In this document: one piece after another, positions 13,428 through 22,711 of the stretch
Layout of the letters: the number at the start of each line of letters is the position of its first letter
Numbering within the stretch: the first letter of the stretch is position 1
Source: Candidatus Omnitrophota bacterium
Lineage (GTDB): Bacteria; Omnitrophota; Gorgyraeia; Gygaellales; Profunditerraquicolaceae
NCBI GenBank assembly: GCA_030650425.1
Contig: JAUSED010000003.1
Coordinates: 7,903-71,902, forward strand
Direction of reading: 5' to 3'
DNA length: 64,000 nucleotides
Notes under the pieces: model-generated
Told to the model about the DNA's origin: nothing
The model's database searches: none
Seen by the model: the letters and a program-made list of their open reading frames with translations, nothing else
Position numbers and translations under genes: made by a program

Positions 13428-13954
13428 TAAAATTAAATAATAAAGAGAAGATATTAGCCGCAGCAGTAGGTTTAATCATGGCCCTTTTTATGCTTAAAAC
13501 CTTCGTCTTCGGGCCGATCTATGAAAAAATCTCCGGCTATGATCAGGAGATCGAGCAGTCGAAGATGGCCATCCGTAAATTTATGGCCTTTGAACATAAC
13601 CGGCCCGAGATACTTAAAGCGCAGAAAAAGATCGAAGGATATTCGAGCCTTAAGGGTTCTGACGAAGATAAAAGCGCGATGGTGATGAGCAAGGTTGAGG
13701 CGCTTGGCCGCAACGCTAAGCTGCAGATTTCAGATATGAGCCCGGCCGGTTCCGCCAAGATAAAGGGAGGAGCGACGATTTACCGGATACAGTTACGCGG
13801 AGAGGCCCAGATGAAAAATATTTTGGATTTTATGTCGGAGGTTGAAAATGCCAATACCCTCTTACAGATTGAGAAGATAACCTTGGCGATTAAAGATGAA
13901 TCGAGCAACGTGTTGAAGATGGAAGTGACTGTGCTGGGGGTGTCATTTTCATAA
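13424..13954 (+). CDS. GspM/PilO-like protein
   Basis: LNNKEK + TM + coiled coil; ATGA overlap with previous gene. Confidence 0.65.
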   Translation: MIKLNNKEKILAAAVGLIMALFMLKTFVFGPIYEKISGYDQEIEQSKMAIRKFMAFEHNRPEILKAQKKIEGYSSLKGSDEDKSAMVMSKVEALGRNAKLQISDMSPAGSAKIKGGATIYRIQLRGEAQMKNILDFMSEVENANTLLQIEKITLAIKDESSNVLKMEVTVLGVSFS

Positions 13955-13966
13955 CTAACCGCTAAC

Positions 13967-14041
13967 CGAAACTGTTTCCAATTTGTGAGGGAAACTGTTT
14001 CCATTCCAAAGCGGAAACTGTTTCCGAGTCAATCGGGAAAC
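13967..14041. repeat. Family-1 array A4 (three cores plus a half core)
   Basis: Cores at 13967,13990,14013; GGAAAC at 14036. Confidence 0.95.
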
Positions 14042-14061
14042 GGGGCATAAGGAGGAGATCG

Positions 14062-14457
14062 ATGAAAAGAGGGTTTACCTTAATCGAATTGATGCTCGTC
14101 GTGATTATTATCGGCGTTCTGTCGGCAATGGTCGTGCCGCGGCTTGCCGGGCGCTCGGAGCAGGCGCGCGCGCAGGCGGCCAAGACAGATATTAATTCCA
14201 GCATTCCTTTAGCGCTTGACCTCTATGAAATGGATATGGGTAAGTATCCGGAGAGCCTTGATTATTTGAAGACCAGGCCGGCAGACGGGGACAGCTGGCG
14301 CGGCCCGTATTTGAAAAAAAAGCCGCTTGACCCTTGGGGAAAATCATATATTTACAAGGCTCCGGGTGAGCATAATCAGGATGGGTATGATCTTTCTTCC
14401 TCAGGCCCTGATGGCCAGCCGGCCACAGCGGATGATATTACGAACTGGAGCGAGTAG
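14062..14457 (+). CDS. gspG: Type II secretion major pseudopilin
   Basis: RGFTLIELM, WRGPYL, DPWG, SSGPDG...DDITNW. Confidence 0.95.
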   Translation: MKRGFTLIELMLVVIIIGVLSAMVVPRLAGRSEQARAQAAKTDINSSIPLALDLYEMDMGKYPESLDYLKTRPADGDSWRGPYLKKKPLDPWGKSYIYKAPGEHNQDGYDLSSSGPDGQPATADDITNWSE

Positions 14458-14458
14458 C

Positions 14459-14863
14459 TTGAAAGGTTTCACTTTGGTCGAGGTGATGATCAGCGTGGCT
14501 ATCCTCGGGATCGGCCTTTCGATCGTCGCTAATTCGTATTTGGTCTGCCTGCGGGGGATCAATGCCAGCCAGAATAATATTCAGGCGCAGCTTCTGGCAA
14601 AAGCAAAACTGGATGAGCTGGAAGCCTTAAGTATTACGCGCAACGGGCTTACCTCTTTTTCCGAGCAGAATGTTATGCGATCATCCGGCAGGGATTATAA
14701 TTACAACCTGAAGATTACAGAGATAGCCAGCCCTGAATATATCGCTAAGCACTTTCTGCAAGCCTGTTTGAGCTATAGCTGGCAGGAGCAGAATGCCTCT
14801 AAAAGCGTTGCCTTTTCCACCTATTTCCCCAAACATGAAGAAGAAAAGCCTAAAAGCATTTAG
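14459..14863 (+). CDS. Minor pseudopilin (GspI/PilV-like)
   Basis: KGFTLVEVM prepilin motif; start TTG 14459 (alternative ATG 14432). Confidence 0.8.
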   Translation: MKGFTLVEVMISVAILGIGLSIVANSYLVCLRGINASQNNIQAQLLAKAKLDELEALSITRNGLTSFSEQNVMRSSGRDYNYNLKITEIASPEYIAKHFLQACLSYSWQEQNASKSVAFSTYFPKHEEEKPKSI

Positions 14864-15404
14864 CCTGGTAGAGCTGCTTATCGCCTTATCCATCTTCGCC
14901 GTGGTGAGTATCGCCATTTATTCCACTTTTAATTCGGGCTTTAAGGTATTACACAAAGTTAAAGACATTGACCTTGCCCAGCAAAGTTTTATCTTTAAAG
15001 TAGAGAGGCTTGCTAAAGAGTTAAGGCAGGCAACTCATTTACGTAAACTTTTGTTGACCGGCGCTAAAACAAGCGTAAGTTTTGGGGGGATTGTTGATGA
15101 TCAGCCCTCCCGCGTAACTTATTATTTCGATAAATCATCCCAGAATTTTATACGGCAAGCCGATCATCTGGCGGATATTATTACTGACGAGAAAAAGATT
15201 GACCCGGAGTTGAAATCCAAAGGGGCAGTTTTCTTAAAAAAGGTTAACGAAATTAAATTTGCGTACTTATACCGTGATTTGAAGAAAAACATTTACGCCT
15301 GGGCCGAGGAATGGAAAGAGGATTTTCTTCCCTTGGCAATACAGGTAACTATCTCTACCGATAAACAAAACTATGTTACGACCATCTTCTTGCCCACAGC
15401 CTAA
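14835..15404 (+). CDS. Minor pseudopilin (GspJ-like)
   Basis: MKKKSLKAFSLVELLIA prepilin motif (Ala at -1). Confidence 0.8.
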   Translation: MKKKSLKAFSLVELLIALSIFAVVSIAIYSTFNSGFKVLHKVKDIDLAQQSFIFKVERLAKELRQATHLRKLLLTGAKTSVSFGGIVDDQPSRVTYYFDKSSQNFIRQADHLADIITDEKKIDPELKSKGAVFLKKVNEIKFAYLYRDLKKNIYAWAEEWKEDFLPLAIQVTISTDKQNYVTTIFLPTA

Positions 15405-16290
15405 TCAAGGAAGCATACTGATCATCTGTCTTTGGACAGTGGTGATGCTTGCCATTTTAGGTATGGGGCTCACCGGGCTGGTATTTCAGGAAATAAAATC
15501 ATCCGTCATTATTTCCCGGTTGTACGGTTCTCTGCCTACGGCGGAAGCAGCCTTAAAATCGGTCTTATACGAAAGAGTTGAGGACCTGACTCCAACATAC
15601 GATACAATGGAGGAGTTAACGAGGGAGAATAACGTTGCTCTTTGCGGCACCAACTCCTATAAATATTATTTTACAGACAAGAAAGTGAATAAAGATTCCG
15701 TGGAGATTATCGACGAGAGCGCGCTAATCAACCTTAATACCGCCTCGTTAGATGTACTAAAGAGGCTTCCGGGAATGGATGAAGATTTAGCGGACAAGCT
15801 GGCTAATTTGGGGTTAAGGCCCTACATCTCCATTAACGAAGTTCTATTGGCAGAGGGGATGACGGTTGATAAATTCCGGCTTTTTAAAGATATGGTAACT
15901 GTTTACGGTAACGGTAAAGTAAATATTAATACCGTGAGCAAGGCTGTATTGGTCTGTCTTGGTTTAGACGAGGAATTAGCCGATAAGATCCTGCGTTTTC
16001 GCAAAGAGCATAAAATCGATCCGCCGAAAGATGATCAAGGCAATCCTATTATTAAAGAAGATGAATACGGCTTTTCTAGTGTTGCTTCGATGATCGCTGA
16101 GATGAATAGTTCTCTGGGGTTAAGCCTGCGTCAGGAACAGGATCTTATATCCGCGCAGAGTTATCTCTCCGTAAAATCAGAATACCTCAGGCTAAACATA
16201 ATCCCTCAAATCAATCACAAAGACGGCACCCGTTATTCAGCGGTCGTTCAACCTTCGACAAAAAAAATTCTTTCTTGGAAAGAGTATTAG
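15373..16290 (+). CDS. gspK: Minor pseudopilin GspK
   Basis: GSILIICLW, DESALINLNTA, KVNINT motifs. Confidence 0.85.
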   Translation: MLRPSSCPQPNQGSILIICLWTVVMLAILGMGLTGLVFQEIKSSVIISRLYGSLPTAEAALKSVLYERVEDLTPTYDTMEELTRENNVALCGTNSYKYYFTDKKVNKDSVEIIDESALINLNTASLDVLKRLPGMDEDLADKLANLGLRPYISINEVLLAEGMTVDKFRLFKDMVTVYGNGKVNINTVSKAVLVCLGLDEELADKILRFRKEHKIDPPKDDQGNPIIKEDEYGFSSVASMIAEMNSSLGLSLRQEQDLISAQSYLSVKSEYLRLNIIPQINHKDGTRYSAVVQPSTKKILSWKEY

Positions 16291-16294
16291 AGGT

Positions 16295-16681
16295 TTATTG
16301 CAGGCTTTCTTTATTGGCAATAGCTTTTTCTATTTCCGATAAAACCGTTTTCATATCGAAGGGTTTGATCAGATAACCTACCACCCCAAGCTTGTAAGCC
16401 CTCTTGATATCCACCAGATCGCTTAAACCGGACATAATGATTATAGGCGTAGCTTGCGATTCCGGGTCATTGTTTAATATGCGGCAGATTTCGAATCCGT
16501 CTAAATCAGGCATGAGCAGGTCGAGGAGGATCAGGTCGGGTTGGAAGTGCTTAATTGATTTGATAAGTTCTTTGGGGTCTTTGGAGCCCATGACTTCGTA
16601 ACCTTTGGAAGTCAAGAAATCACTGAGCATTGAGAGTACATCTTCTTGATTATCTGCAACAAAAATTTTCTTTTTGGGCAT
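16295..16681 (-). CDS. Single-domain response regulator
   Basis: PDLILLDLLMPDLDG, YLIKPF; start set at MPKKK. Confidence 0.9.
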   Translation of the reverse strand: MPKKKIFVADNQEDVLSMLSDFLTSKGYEVMGSKDPKELIKSIKHFQPDLILLDLLMPDLDGFEICRILNNDPESQATPIIIMSGLSDLVDIKRAYKLGVVGYLIKPFDMKTVLSEIEKAIANKESLQ

Positions 16682-16718
16682 CAAATTTAGTATAACTATA
16701 TTTTTATTCTTAGTCAAT

Positions 16719-16761
16719 AAAAATAAAGGGGACGGTTGGGACGGTTGTCCCCTTTATTTTT
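16719..16761. repeat. GGGAC-type inverted repeat between divergent genes
   Basis: AAAAATAAAGGGGAC ... GTCCCCTTTATTTTT. Confidence 0.7.
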
Positions 16762-16779
16762 GTATGATATAATTAAATT

Positions 16780-18399
16780 ATGATTGAACGATTACGAATT
16801 CCCATGCCACTGCGAAAATCGCCTAAAGTTACTGCTGGAGGCAATTTTCTTGATATTGAAGTTATTTGTTGGGTTATGCTCTTGCTAACTTTGTCAGTGG
16901 TGTTGATCGTGAGGCTGAGGCTGTTGGGGATTCCCCTTGAGCGGGATGAGGGAGAATACGCCTATCTCGGCCAGCTTTTATTGCAGGGCGTGCCTCCTTA
17001 TAAGCTCGCTTATAGTATGAAGCTTCCCGGCGCGTGCGCTGTTTACGCTTTGTTGATGGCGGTATTCGGGGAGACGATCAAGGGCATTCATTTAGGGTTC
17101 TTAATTATTAATTTCGCTTCAATTGCCTTAATATTTTTTATAGCTAAAAGATTATCCGGCACTCTAGCCGGAATTATTTCCGCAGCTGCTTACGCTGTTT
17201 TATCTGTTAGTCAATCAGTCCTCGGAGTCCAGGCGCATGCCACGCATTTAATAGTCTTGGCAGCCCTCTGCGGATCAATCTTACTTTTAAAAGCAGTTGA
17301 AAATGATCGAAAGAGTTTAATTTTCTTGAGCGGTTTATTTTTTGGGCTGGCCTTTCTGATGAAACAACAGGGAATATTTTTTATCCCCTTCGGCATCTTT
17401 TATCTTTCCTGGGCTTGCAAGAAACGATCTGTTTTAGCGGCTAATTTGATGGTTTATAGCTTGGGAGCGGCGTTACCTTTTGCACTAACCTGTTTAGTTC
17501 TTTTTTTTGCCGGCGTTTTCGATAAATTTTGGTTTTGGACGTTTCAATATGCATCCGGGTATTCTTCCGGCGCTCACGTTTATTTGGCGTTTCAAATTTT
17601 CAAAGCCCAATTGCTGGGGGCGATCAAACCATTTAAGCCGGTATGGTATATCGCGGCCGCGGGTTCTTTGTGCCTTTTTATCGACGCTAAAGTTAGAAAG
17701 AATATCTTTTTTGTCGCGGCTCTGTTGATTAGTTCTTTTCTGGCTCTCTGCCCGGGATTTATCTTCCGTGAGCATTATTTTGTGATGATATTGCCGGTAG
17801 TTTCTATATTATGCGGTATGTGCGTAAATTCGGCTGTTGAATTTATCAAGAATCGAAAATATCCGGCAGCTTTTCAATCCTTTCCGGTGATCATCTTTAC
17901 CGTTATTTTGGCGCTTTCTGTTTTTCAACAGAGGGATTACTTTTTTACAGCAACTCCGGAGAGGGTATCGCGGAAGGCTTACGCTGAAAATCCTTTTATC
18001 GAGTCCATCAGTATAGGAAATTACCTAAAAGCGCATTCATCTCCGGAGGATACGATCGCGGTATTGGGCTCAGAGCCCCAGATATATTTTTACGCGCGCA
18101 GGCGTTCGGCAACCGGCTATATTTATGCCTATCCTTTAATGGAAAACCAGCCTTATGCCTTAAAGATGCAGGAGGAGATGATTAGAGAAATCGAATTTCA
18201 AAAACCCCTCTACTTAGTTTTTGTCAAGGTTAACACTTCTTGGCTGCGGCACGGAGGTTCAGAAAATTTTATCTTCAGATGGGCCCAAAATTATATTACC
18301 GAGCATTACGATATTGCCGGGGCAACCTTTATTTCTAAGCAACCTTTTTCCTCTGTATTGGTCTATAAGCGAAAGGCGGAAACAGTTTCCAATTTGTGA
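16780..18399 (+). CDS. Multi-TM GT-C glycosyltransferase (ArnT/PMT-like)
   Basis: RDEGEY after first TM, KLPG, many TM helices; last codons (ETVSNL*) derive from array A5. Confidence 0.75.
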   Translation: MIERLRIPMPLRKSPKVTAGGNFLDIEVICWVMLLLTLSVVLIVRLRLLGIPLERDEGEYAYLGQLLLQGVPPYKLAYSMKLPGACAVYALLMAVFGETIKGIHLGFLIINFASIALIFFIAKRLSGTLAGIISAAAYAVLSVSQSVLGVQAHATHLIVLAALCGSILLLKAVENDRKSLIFLSGLFFGLAFLMKQQGIFFIPFGIFYLSWACKKRSVLAANLMVYSLGAALPFALTCLVLFFAGVFDKFWFWTFQYASGYSSGAHVYLAFQIFKAQLLGAIKPFKPVWYIAAAGSLCLFIDAKVRKNIFFVAALLISSFLALCPGFIFREHYFVMILPVVSILCGMCVNSAVEFIKNRKYPAAFQSFPVIIFTVILALSVFQQRDYFFTATPERVSRKAYAENPFIESISIGNYLKAHSSPEDTIAVLGSEPQIYFYARRRSATGYIYAYPLMENQPYALKMQEEMIREIEFQKPLYLVFVKVNTSWLRHGGSENFIFRWAQNYITEHYDIAGATFISKQPFSSVLVYKRKAETVSNL

Positions 18400-18459
18400 A
18401 GGAAACTGTTTCCATTCCGTGAAGGAAACTGTTTCCAGCCCAATTGGGAAACTGTCCCC
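18378..18459. repeat. Family-1 array A5, left flank of the RAYT gene
   Basis: Cores at 18378,18401,18424 and variant GGAAACTGTCCCC at 18447. Confidence 0.95.
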
Positions 18460-18941
18460 TAGAGCACGAGTTTATCTAGTAAAGCAAAATTATTTAAATA
18501 GGCTAGATTCCTTTCTGGATAACTGCTGAATTCATACTCTTTCATATTTTTGACTAAATTAGCCCGGATTGGATTCTGTTCTACATAAGCAATACAGTCT
18601 ATTAGGTATTGATCTCTAGCTATTACCTTTGCCTTGAATCTACCCTGCCACAAATGGCCTACCTTATTATATTTTTTGTTATAGTAAGCAGTGTATGATC
18701 GATGTAGGCCTTGCATAAAACTAGGAAGTTTACTCGGGTTTTTAGGCTCACCTATAATATGAATATGGTTTGGCATTAGGCAGTAACCGTACAGAAGCAG
18801 GGAGTGTTTTCTTTTGTAAAGCCTTAATTGGTGAAGATAAAATTCAAAATCTTCTTTACTTTTGAATATTAGTTGTTTTTGATTGCCTCTCGCATAGATA
18901 TGATAGCAGGCATTATTGATAAGTAATCGTGTTTTAGCCAT
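18459..18941 (-). CDS. REP-associated tyrosine transposase (RAYT, Y1/HUH IS200-like family)
   Basis: YHIYARGN, YCLMPNHIH (HUH), GHLWQGRF, YVEQNPIRA, FSSY; RBS AAGGAGG before ATG 18941. Confidence 0.92.
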   Translation of the reverse strand: MAKTRLLINNACYHIYARGNQKQLIFKSKEDFEFYLHQLRLYKRKHSLLLYGYCLMPNHIHIIGEPKNPSKLPSFMQGLHRSYTAYYNKKYNKVGHLWQGRFKAKVIARDQYLIDCIAYVEQNPIRANLVKNMKEYEFSSYPERNLAYLNNFALLDKLVL

Positions 18942-18960
18942 TTTTCCTCCTTTTAAGTCC

Positions 18961-19036
18961 ACTTTCCCGATTGGCTCGGAAACAGTTTCCGCTTTGAGAT
19001 GGAAACAGTTTCCCGATTAGGATGGAAACTGTTTCC
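18961..19036. repeat. Family-1 array A6, right flank of the RAYT gene
   Basis: Half core at 18961-18967, cores at 18978,19001,19024. Confidence 0.95.
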
Positions 19037-19039
19037 ATA

Positions 19040-20566
19040 TTATAATCTCCTGTCTAGGCTTCTGTATTGCACTGCCTCTGAAATATGCTCAGCCAGAATA
19101 ACTTCCGACCCGGCTAGATCCGCGATAGTCCTGGAGATTTTAAGAATTTTATCAAATGCCCGGCCGGAAAATCCTAATTCCGTCATCGCTATTTTTAACA
19201 ATTCTTTTGCTTCATCTTCGAGGCCGCAATATTTTTTGATTAATTTGATGTTCATCCTTGCGTTATAAAAAATTCCGTCATTGGCAAAGCGCCTGTTTTG
19301 GATGGCGCGCGCTTTTTCTACCCTTGTTTTAATCACGGTTGAAGACTCGGCATCCTTTGTATCGACGAGCTCTTGATATTTTATGGAAGGCAGCTCGATA
19401 TGGATATCTATTCTGTCTAATAATGGCCCGGATATTTTACCCATATATCCGGCTATCTTATGCGGATTACAGCGGCAGGCGCGATAAGGGTCAGTGTAAT
19501 AGCCGCAGGGACAGGGATTCATCGCAGCGACTAAAACAAAAGAAGCAGGAAAGATAAGAGATTTGAATATGCGCGATACGCGTATGCAGCCGTCTTCCAA
19601 CGGTTGACGCAAGGCTTCAAGGCAGTCGCGCCGGAATTCCGGAAGTTCATCCAGAAAAAGCACGCCTTGATGCGCTAAGCTAATTTCTCCCGGAACAGGT
19701 ATGGAGCCGCCTCCGACCATAGCTATAGTGGAGATGGTGTGGTGAAGGGAGCGGAATGGCCGGGTGATCATAATTCCGTCTTTATTGAGCAGGGTTCCGG
19801 CCACCGAATGTATTTTACTTACTTCTAATGTCTCTTGCAGAGTCAGGTCTGGCATAATCGTGGGGATTCTTTTAGCGAGCATAGTTTTGCCGCTCCCCGG
19901 CGGCCCAATCATCAGGATGTTGTGGCCTCCAGCTACAGCTATCTCTAAAGCTCTTTTCGCCAGAAATTGCCCTTTGACTTCCGAGAAGTCCAGACCATAA
20001 CAATCCTTACTTTGGTATAGACTGAACAGATCTGGTTTAGAAGGCTTAAAGCCGGCGGGATTATTTAAGAACTCAACAGTTGCGCGCAGCGTTTTAAGCG
20101 CGAAGACAGAGACTCCGGGTACGATAGCCGCTTCCTTAGCGTTTTGCTCGGGGGTAATCAGCGAGCCAAAGCCGGATTTCAGGGTAGCCATCGCTATCGG
20201 GAGCATCCCCCGCACCGGCCTAAGCGTTCCGTCCAAAGAGAGTTCTCCCAAGACAAAATATCCGGATAACCCGCAGCTATTTATCTGCTCGGTTGCCGCC
20301 AGTATCCCTAAGGCAATCCCGAGGTCGAAACAAGCGCCTTCTTTTTTGATTCCTGACGGCGCAAGGCTGATGGTCACCCTTTCCGATGGCCAATTAAACC
20401 CAGAGTTTTTGATCGCTGACTTCACCCGTTCCTTGCTTTCTTTTACCGCGGAATCCGGCAGCCCGACTACATTTACTGCTGGCAGGCCTCTACAGACATC
20501 TACTTCGATCTCCACAGGGTATGCCTCTATGCCCTGTAATCCAAAACTTAATACTTTAGCTAGCAT
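19040..20566 (-). CDS. comM: YifB/ComM Mg-chelatase-like AAA+ ATPase
   Basis: VGLPDSAVKES, GPPGSGKTM, GEISLAHQGVLFLDE, AMNPCPCG, SGPLLDRID. Confidence 0.93.
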   Translation of the reverse strand: MLAKVLSFGLQGIEAYPVEIEVDVCRGLPAVNVVGLPDSAVKESKERVKSAIKNSGFNWPSERVTISLAPSGIKKEGACFDLGIALGILAATEQINSCGLSGYFVLGELSLDGTLRPVRGMLPIAMATLKSGFGSLITPEQNAKEAAIVPGVSVFALKTLRATVEFLNNPAGFKPSKPDLFSLYQSKDCYGLDFSEVKGQFLAKRALEIAVAGGHNILMIGPPGSGKTMLAKRIPTIMPDLTLQETLEVSKIHSVAGTLLNKDGIMITRPFRSLHHTISTIAMVGGGSIPVPGEISLAHQGVLFLDELPEFRRDCLEALRQPLEDGCIRVSRIFKSLIFPASFVLVAAMNPCPCGYYTDPYRACRCNPHKIAGYMGKISGPLLDRIDIHIELPSIKYQELVDTKDAESSTVIKTRVEKARAIQNRRFANDGIFYNARMNIKLIKKYCGLEDEAKELLKIAMTELGFSGRAFDKILKISRTIADLAGSEVILAEHISEAVQYRSLDRRL

Positions 20567-20637
20567 ATTTACCTCCTCTAAGCTAATAGACGTAAGAAGG
20601 ATGTAAATCTAACGAAAATAATTGGATAGTTTTGACA

Positions 20638-20678
20638 AAAAAGGTGACAGCCACAAAATACGTGACTGTCACCTTTTT
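20638..20678. repeat. Family-3 (GTGACWGTCAC) inverted repeat
   Basis: AAAAAGGTGACAGCCAC ... GTGACTGTCACCTTTTT. Confidence 0.8.
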
Positions 20679-20732
20679 CCGGAGATGAGAAAAGGCTTGC
20701 AATTTAAGGGCCTGATTATATAATATGCCATT

Positions 20733-21269
20733 ATGAGCAAAAGAATGCTCCTCAATATCTTTATTTTGCTCTTAGCGAGTTGCTCTATTTTCTTCGCCTT
20801 AAGGCATTTTTTTGCCTTAAAAGAGAATATCCTATTTTTGAGGGATAAACTCGCTACACTGGAAGACCAGAAGCAAAAACTCTTGCAGGAGCTAGAGAAA
20901 GAAAAAAATACTCTCCAGCAGCCTAATGCCAAAAACGCCGAGCTAAGGGCTTATCTCAAAAGCGCTCAAAATAGATTGAATGAGTCTTTTGAAACCTTAA
21001 GCAAAGCAGAAGAGAAGATTGATAAGCTTGGAGCGCAATTTTCCATACTTAAGGCGGAAAATAGCGCGCTTTTAGAAGATCGAGAAAAACTTACTAAAGA
21101 GATTGAGGCGATCAGAATAAGGTTAAATTCCGCGGATGAGCTTAAGAGAGCGCTGCGGAAGCTTAAGAAAGAAGAGCCAATAGAGAGTAACCGCGGTTTC
21201 TTGATTAAGGGCGGCCAACCGACTTCAACCGCAAAGATTCAAATAGAAGTTATACCTACCCCAAGGTAA
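20733..21269 (+). CDS. Membrane-anchored coiled-coil hypothetical protein
   Basis: N-terminal hydrophobic helix, heptad-rich body; TTGCAA-16-TATAAT upstream. Confidence 0.65.
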   Translation: MSKRMLLNIFILLLASCSIFFALRHFFALKENILFLRDKLATLEDQKQKLLQELEKEKNTLQQPNAKNAELRAYLKSAQNRLNESFETLSKAEEKIDKLGAQFSILKAENSALLEDREKLTKEIEAIRIRLNSADELKRALRKLKKEEPIESNRGFLIKGGQPTSTAKIQIEVIPTPR

Positions 21270-21274
21270 TCATA

Positions 21275-21721
21275 ATGAAAGAAATATTCCTAGAGTTATC
21301 CCAAAATAAGATTCTTCTTACTACTCTTTCGGCTTGGTTGATTACTCAAGCGCTGAAAGTCTTTATCGGCGTTGTGCAAAAGAGAAGGTTTGATTTTCGT
21401 TTATTCGTGGGAACGGGAGGGATGCCTTCCAGCCATGTCGCTGGCGCCTCATGTCTGGCTACTGCCGTAGGCCTGGAGTGTGGCTTCGACAGCGTTTATT
21501 TTGCCTTGGCTGCTTCATTTGCCATTGTCGTTATGTTTGATGCTCAAGGCGTGCGCCGGGCGACCGGGAGACAGGCGCGCATTCTCAATAAAATAACCGA
21601 TGATATTTATTGGCAGGGTAAAATTCACGAAGGCCGTTTACGCGAACTTGTCGGGCATACGCCGCTTGAGGTAATCGCGGGTTTATTTGTCGGCGTGCTC
21701 ATAGCAATGTTGGCGCATTAA
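21275..21721 (+). CDS. Divergent PAP2 (DUF212) family protein
   Basis: GGMPSSH, VMFDAQGVRR, GHTPLEV. Confidence 0.9.
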   Translation: MKEIFLELSQNKILLTTLSAWLITQALKVFIGVVQKRRFDFRLFVGTGGMPSSHVAGASCLATAVGLECGFDSVYFALAASFAIVVMFDAQGVRRATGRQARILNKITDDIYWQGKIHEGRLRELVGHTPLEVIAGLFVGVLIAMLAH

Positions 21722-21757
21722 TCAATAAAGTGTCCGTTACGATTGAGGAGGAATGCA

Positions 21758-22573
21758 GTGAATAAAAAAATTTTGCTTACAGCAGGTATAATACTGATAA
21801 TTTTAATTTTAATCATATCCTTTAGCTTAAAGAAAGGAAAAACGTCTTTTGCGGAAGGGAAAACAGCGGTTTTAAACGCGCAATCTCTATTGAATCAGGC
21901 AAGGGACCTGCAGACCAAAGGCGATTTATTGGGACTGGCGGCTCTCTATCAAAAATTAGTAAGTGATTTCCCTAACTCCGCCGAGGTAATGAATTGGCAG
22001 AAGAAAATAGACGATATCAACATCAGGCTTTTATTTTCTCCGACGTTGACTCCGAAGAGCGCTATTTATGAGATCAAGCCGGGGGACACATTAAGCAGGA
22101 TTGCCAAGGCATTTAAGACTACTCCCGAGTTAATTAAAAAGAGTAACAATCTAAAGAGTGATATGATCAGTCCGGGAAAGAAACTCAAGGTTTGGAACGC
22201 GCCTTTTAGCATTCTCGTGGATAAATCCCAGAATATCCTGATCCTTAAAAGTAATGAGGAGATCGTTAAAACCTATATTGTATCAACAGGAAAAGATAAT
22301 ACTTCTCCCGTAGGAAATTTTAAGATTACCTCTAAATTGGTAAATCCTACCTGGTTTAAGACCGGCGCGGTTATCCCGGCAGGCAGCCCGGAAAATGTAT
22401 TGGGGACGCGCTGGCTGGGTATAGACAAGCCCAGTTACGGCATACACGGCACGACTGACCCCCAAGATTTGGGCAAGCAGGTTACTCAAGGTTGTGTGCG
22501 TATGGCTAATTCGGACGTCGAAGAACTATATACTATTGTCCCCATTGGAACAGAAGTAGTTATTGTCGATTAA
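21758..22573 (+). CDS. LysM + YkuD L,D-transpeptidase
   Basis: YEIKPGDTLSRIA LysM; YGIHGT...TQGCVRM; GTG start after GAGGAGG. Confidence 0.9.
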   Translation: MNKKILLTAGIILIILILIISFSLKKGKTSFAEGKTAVLNAQSLLNQARDLQTKGDLLGLAALYQKLVSDFPNSAEVMNWQKKIDDINIRLLFSPTLTPKSAIYEIKPGDTLSRIAKAFKTTPELIKKSNNLKSDMISPGKKLKVWNAPFSILVDKSQNILILKSNEEIVKTYIVSTGKDNTSPVGNFKITSKLVNPTWFKTGAVIPAGSPENVLGTRWLGIDKPSYGIHGTTDPQDLGKQVTQGCVRMANSDVEELYTIVPIGTEVVIVD

Positions 22574-22589
22574 TATAAAGTAAAATAAA

Positions 22590-22694
22590 GGAAACAGTTT
22601 CCAATCTGTGAAGGAAACTGTTTCCGGCTCAATCGGGAAACAGTTTCCGCTTTGGGTCGGAAACAGTTTCCGCTTTGAGATGGAAACAGTTTCC
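22590..22694. repeat. Family-1 array A7 (five cores)
   Basis: Cores at 22590,22613,22636,22659,22682. Confidence 0.95.
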
Positions 22695-22711
22695 AGTTTG
22701 GTTTATCAAAT

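Larger units (their letters stand above)
18378..19036. mobile_element. REPtron-like locus: RAYT between oppositely oriented repeat arrays
   Basis: Spacers of A5 are all forward class and spacers of A6 are all reverse class. Confidence 0.75.

Noticed and set aside
13955-13968. CTAACCG doublet before array A4 as a separate repeat family
   Set aside because: Only two units; may be a small duplication at the array junction, too weak to call
18459-18941. IS200/IS605 insertion sequence with TnpB
   Set aside because: No tnpB is adjacent; the motifs (RGN, WQGRF, NPIRA) and flanking repeats fit a RAYT
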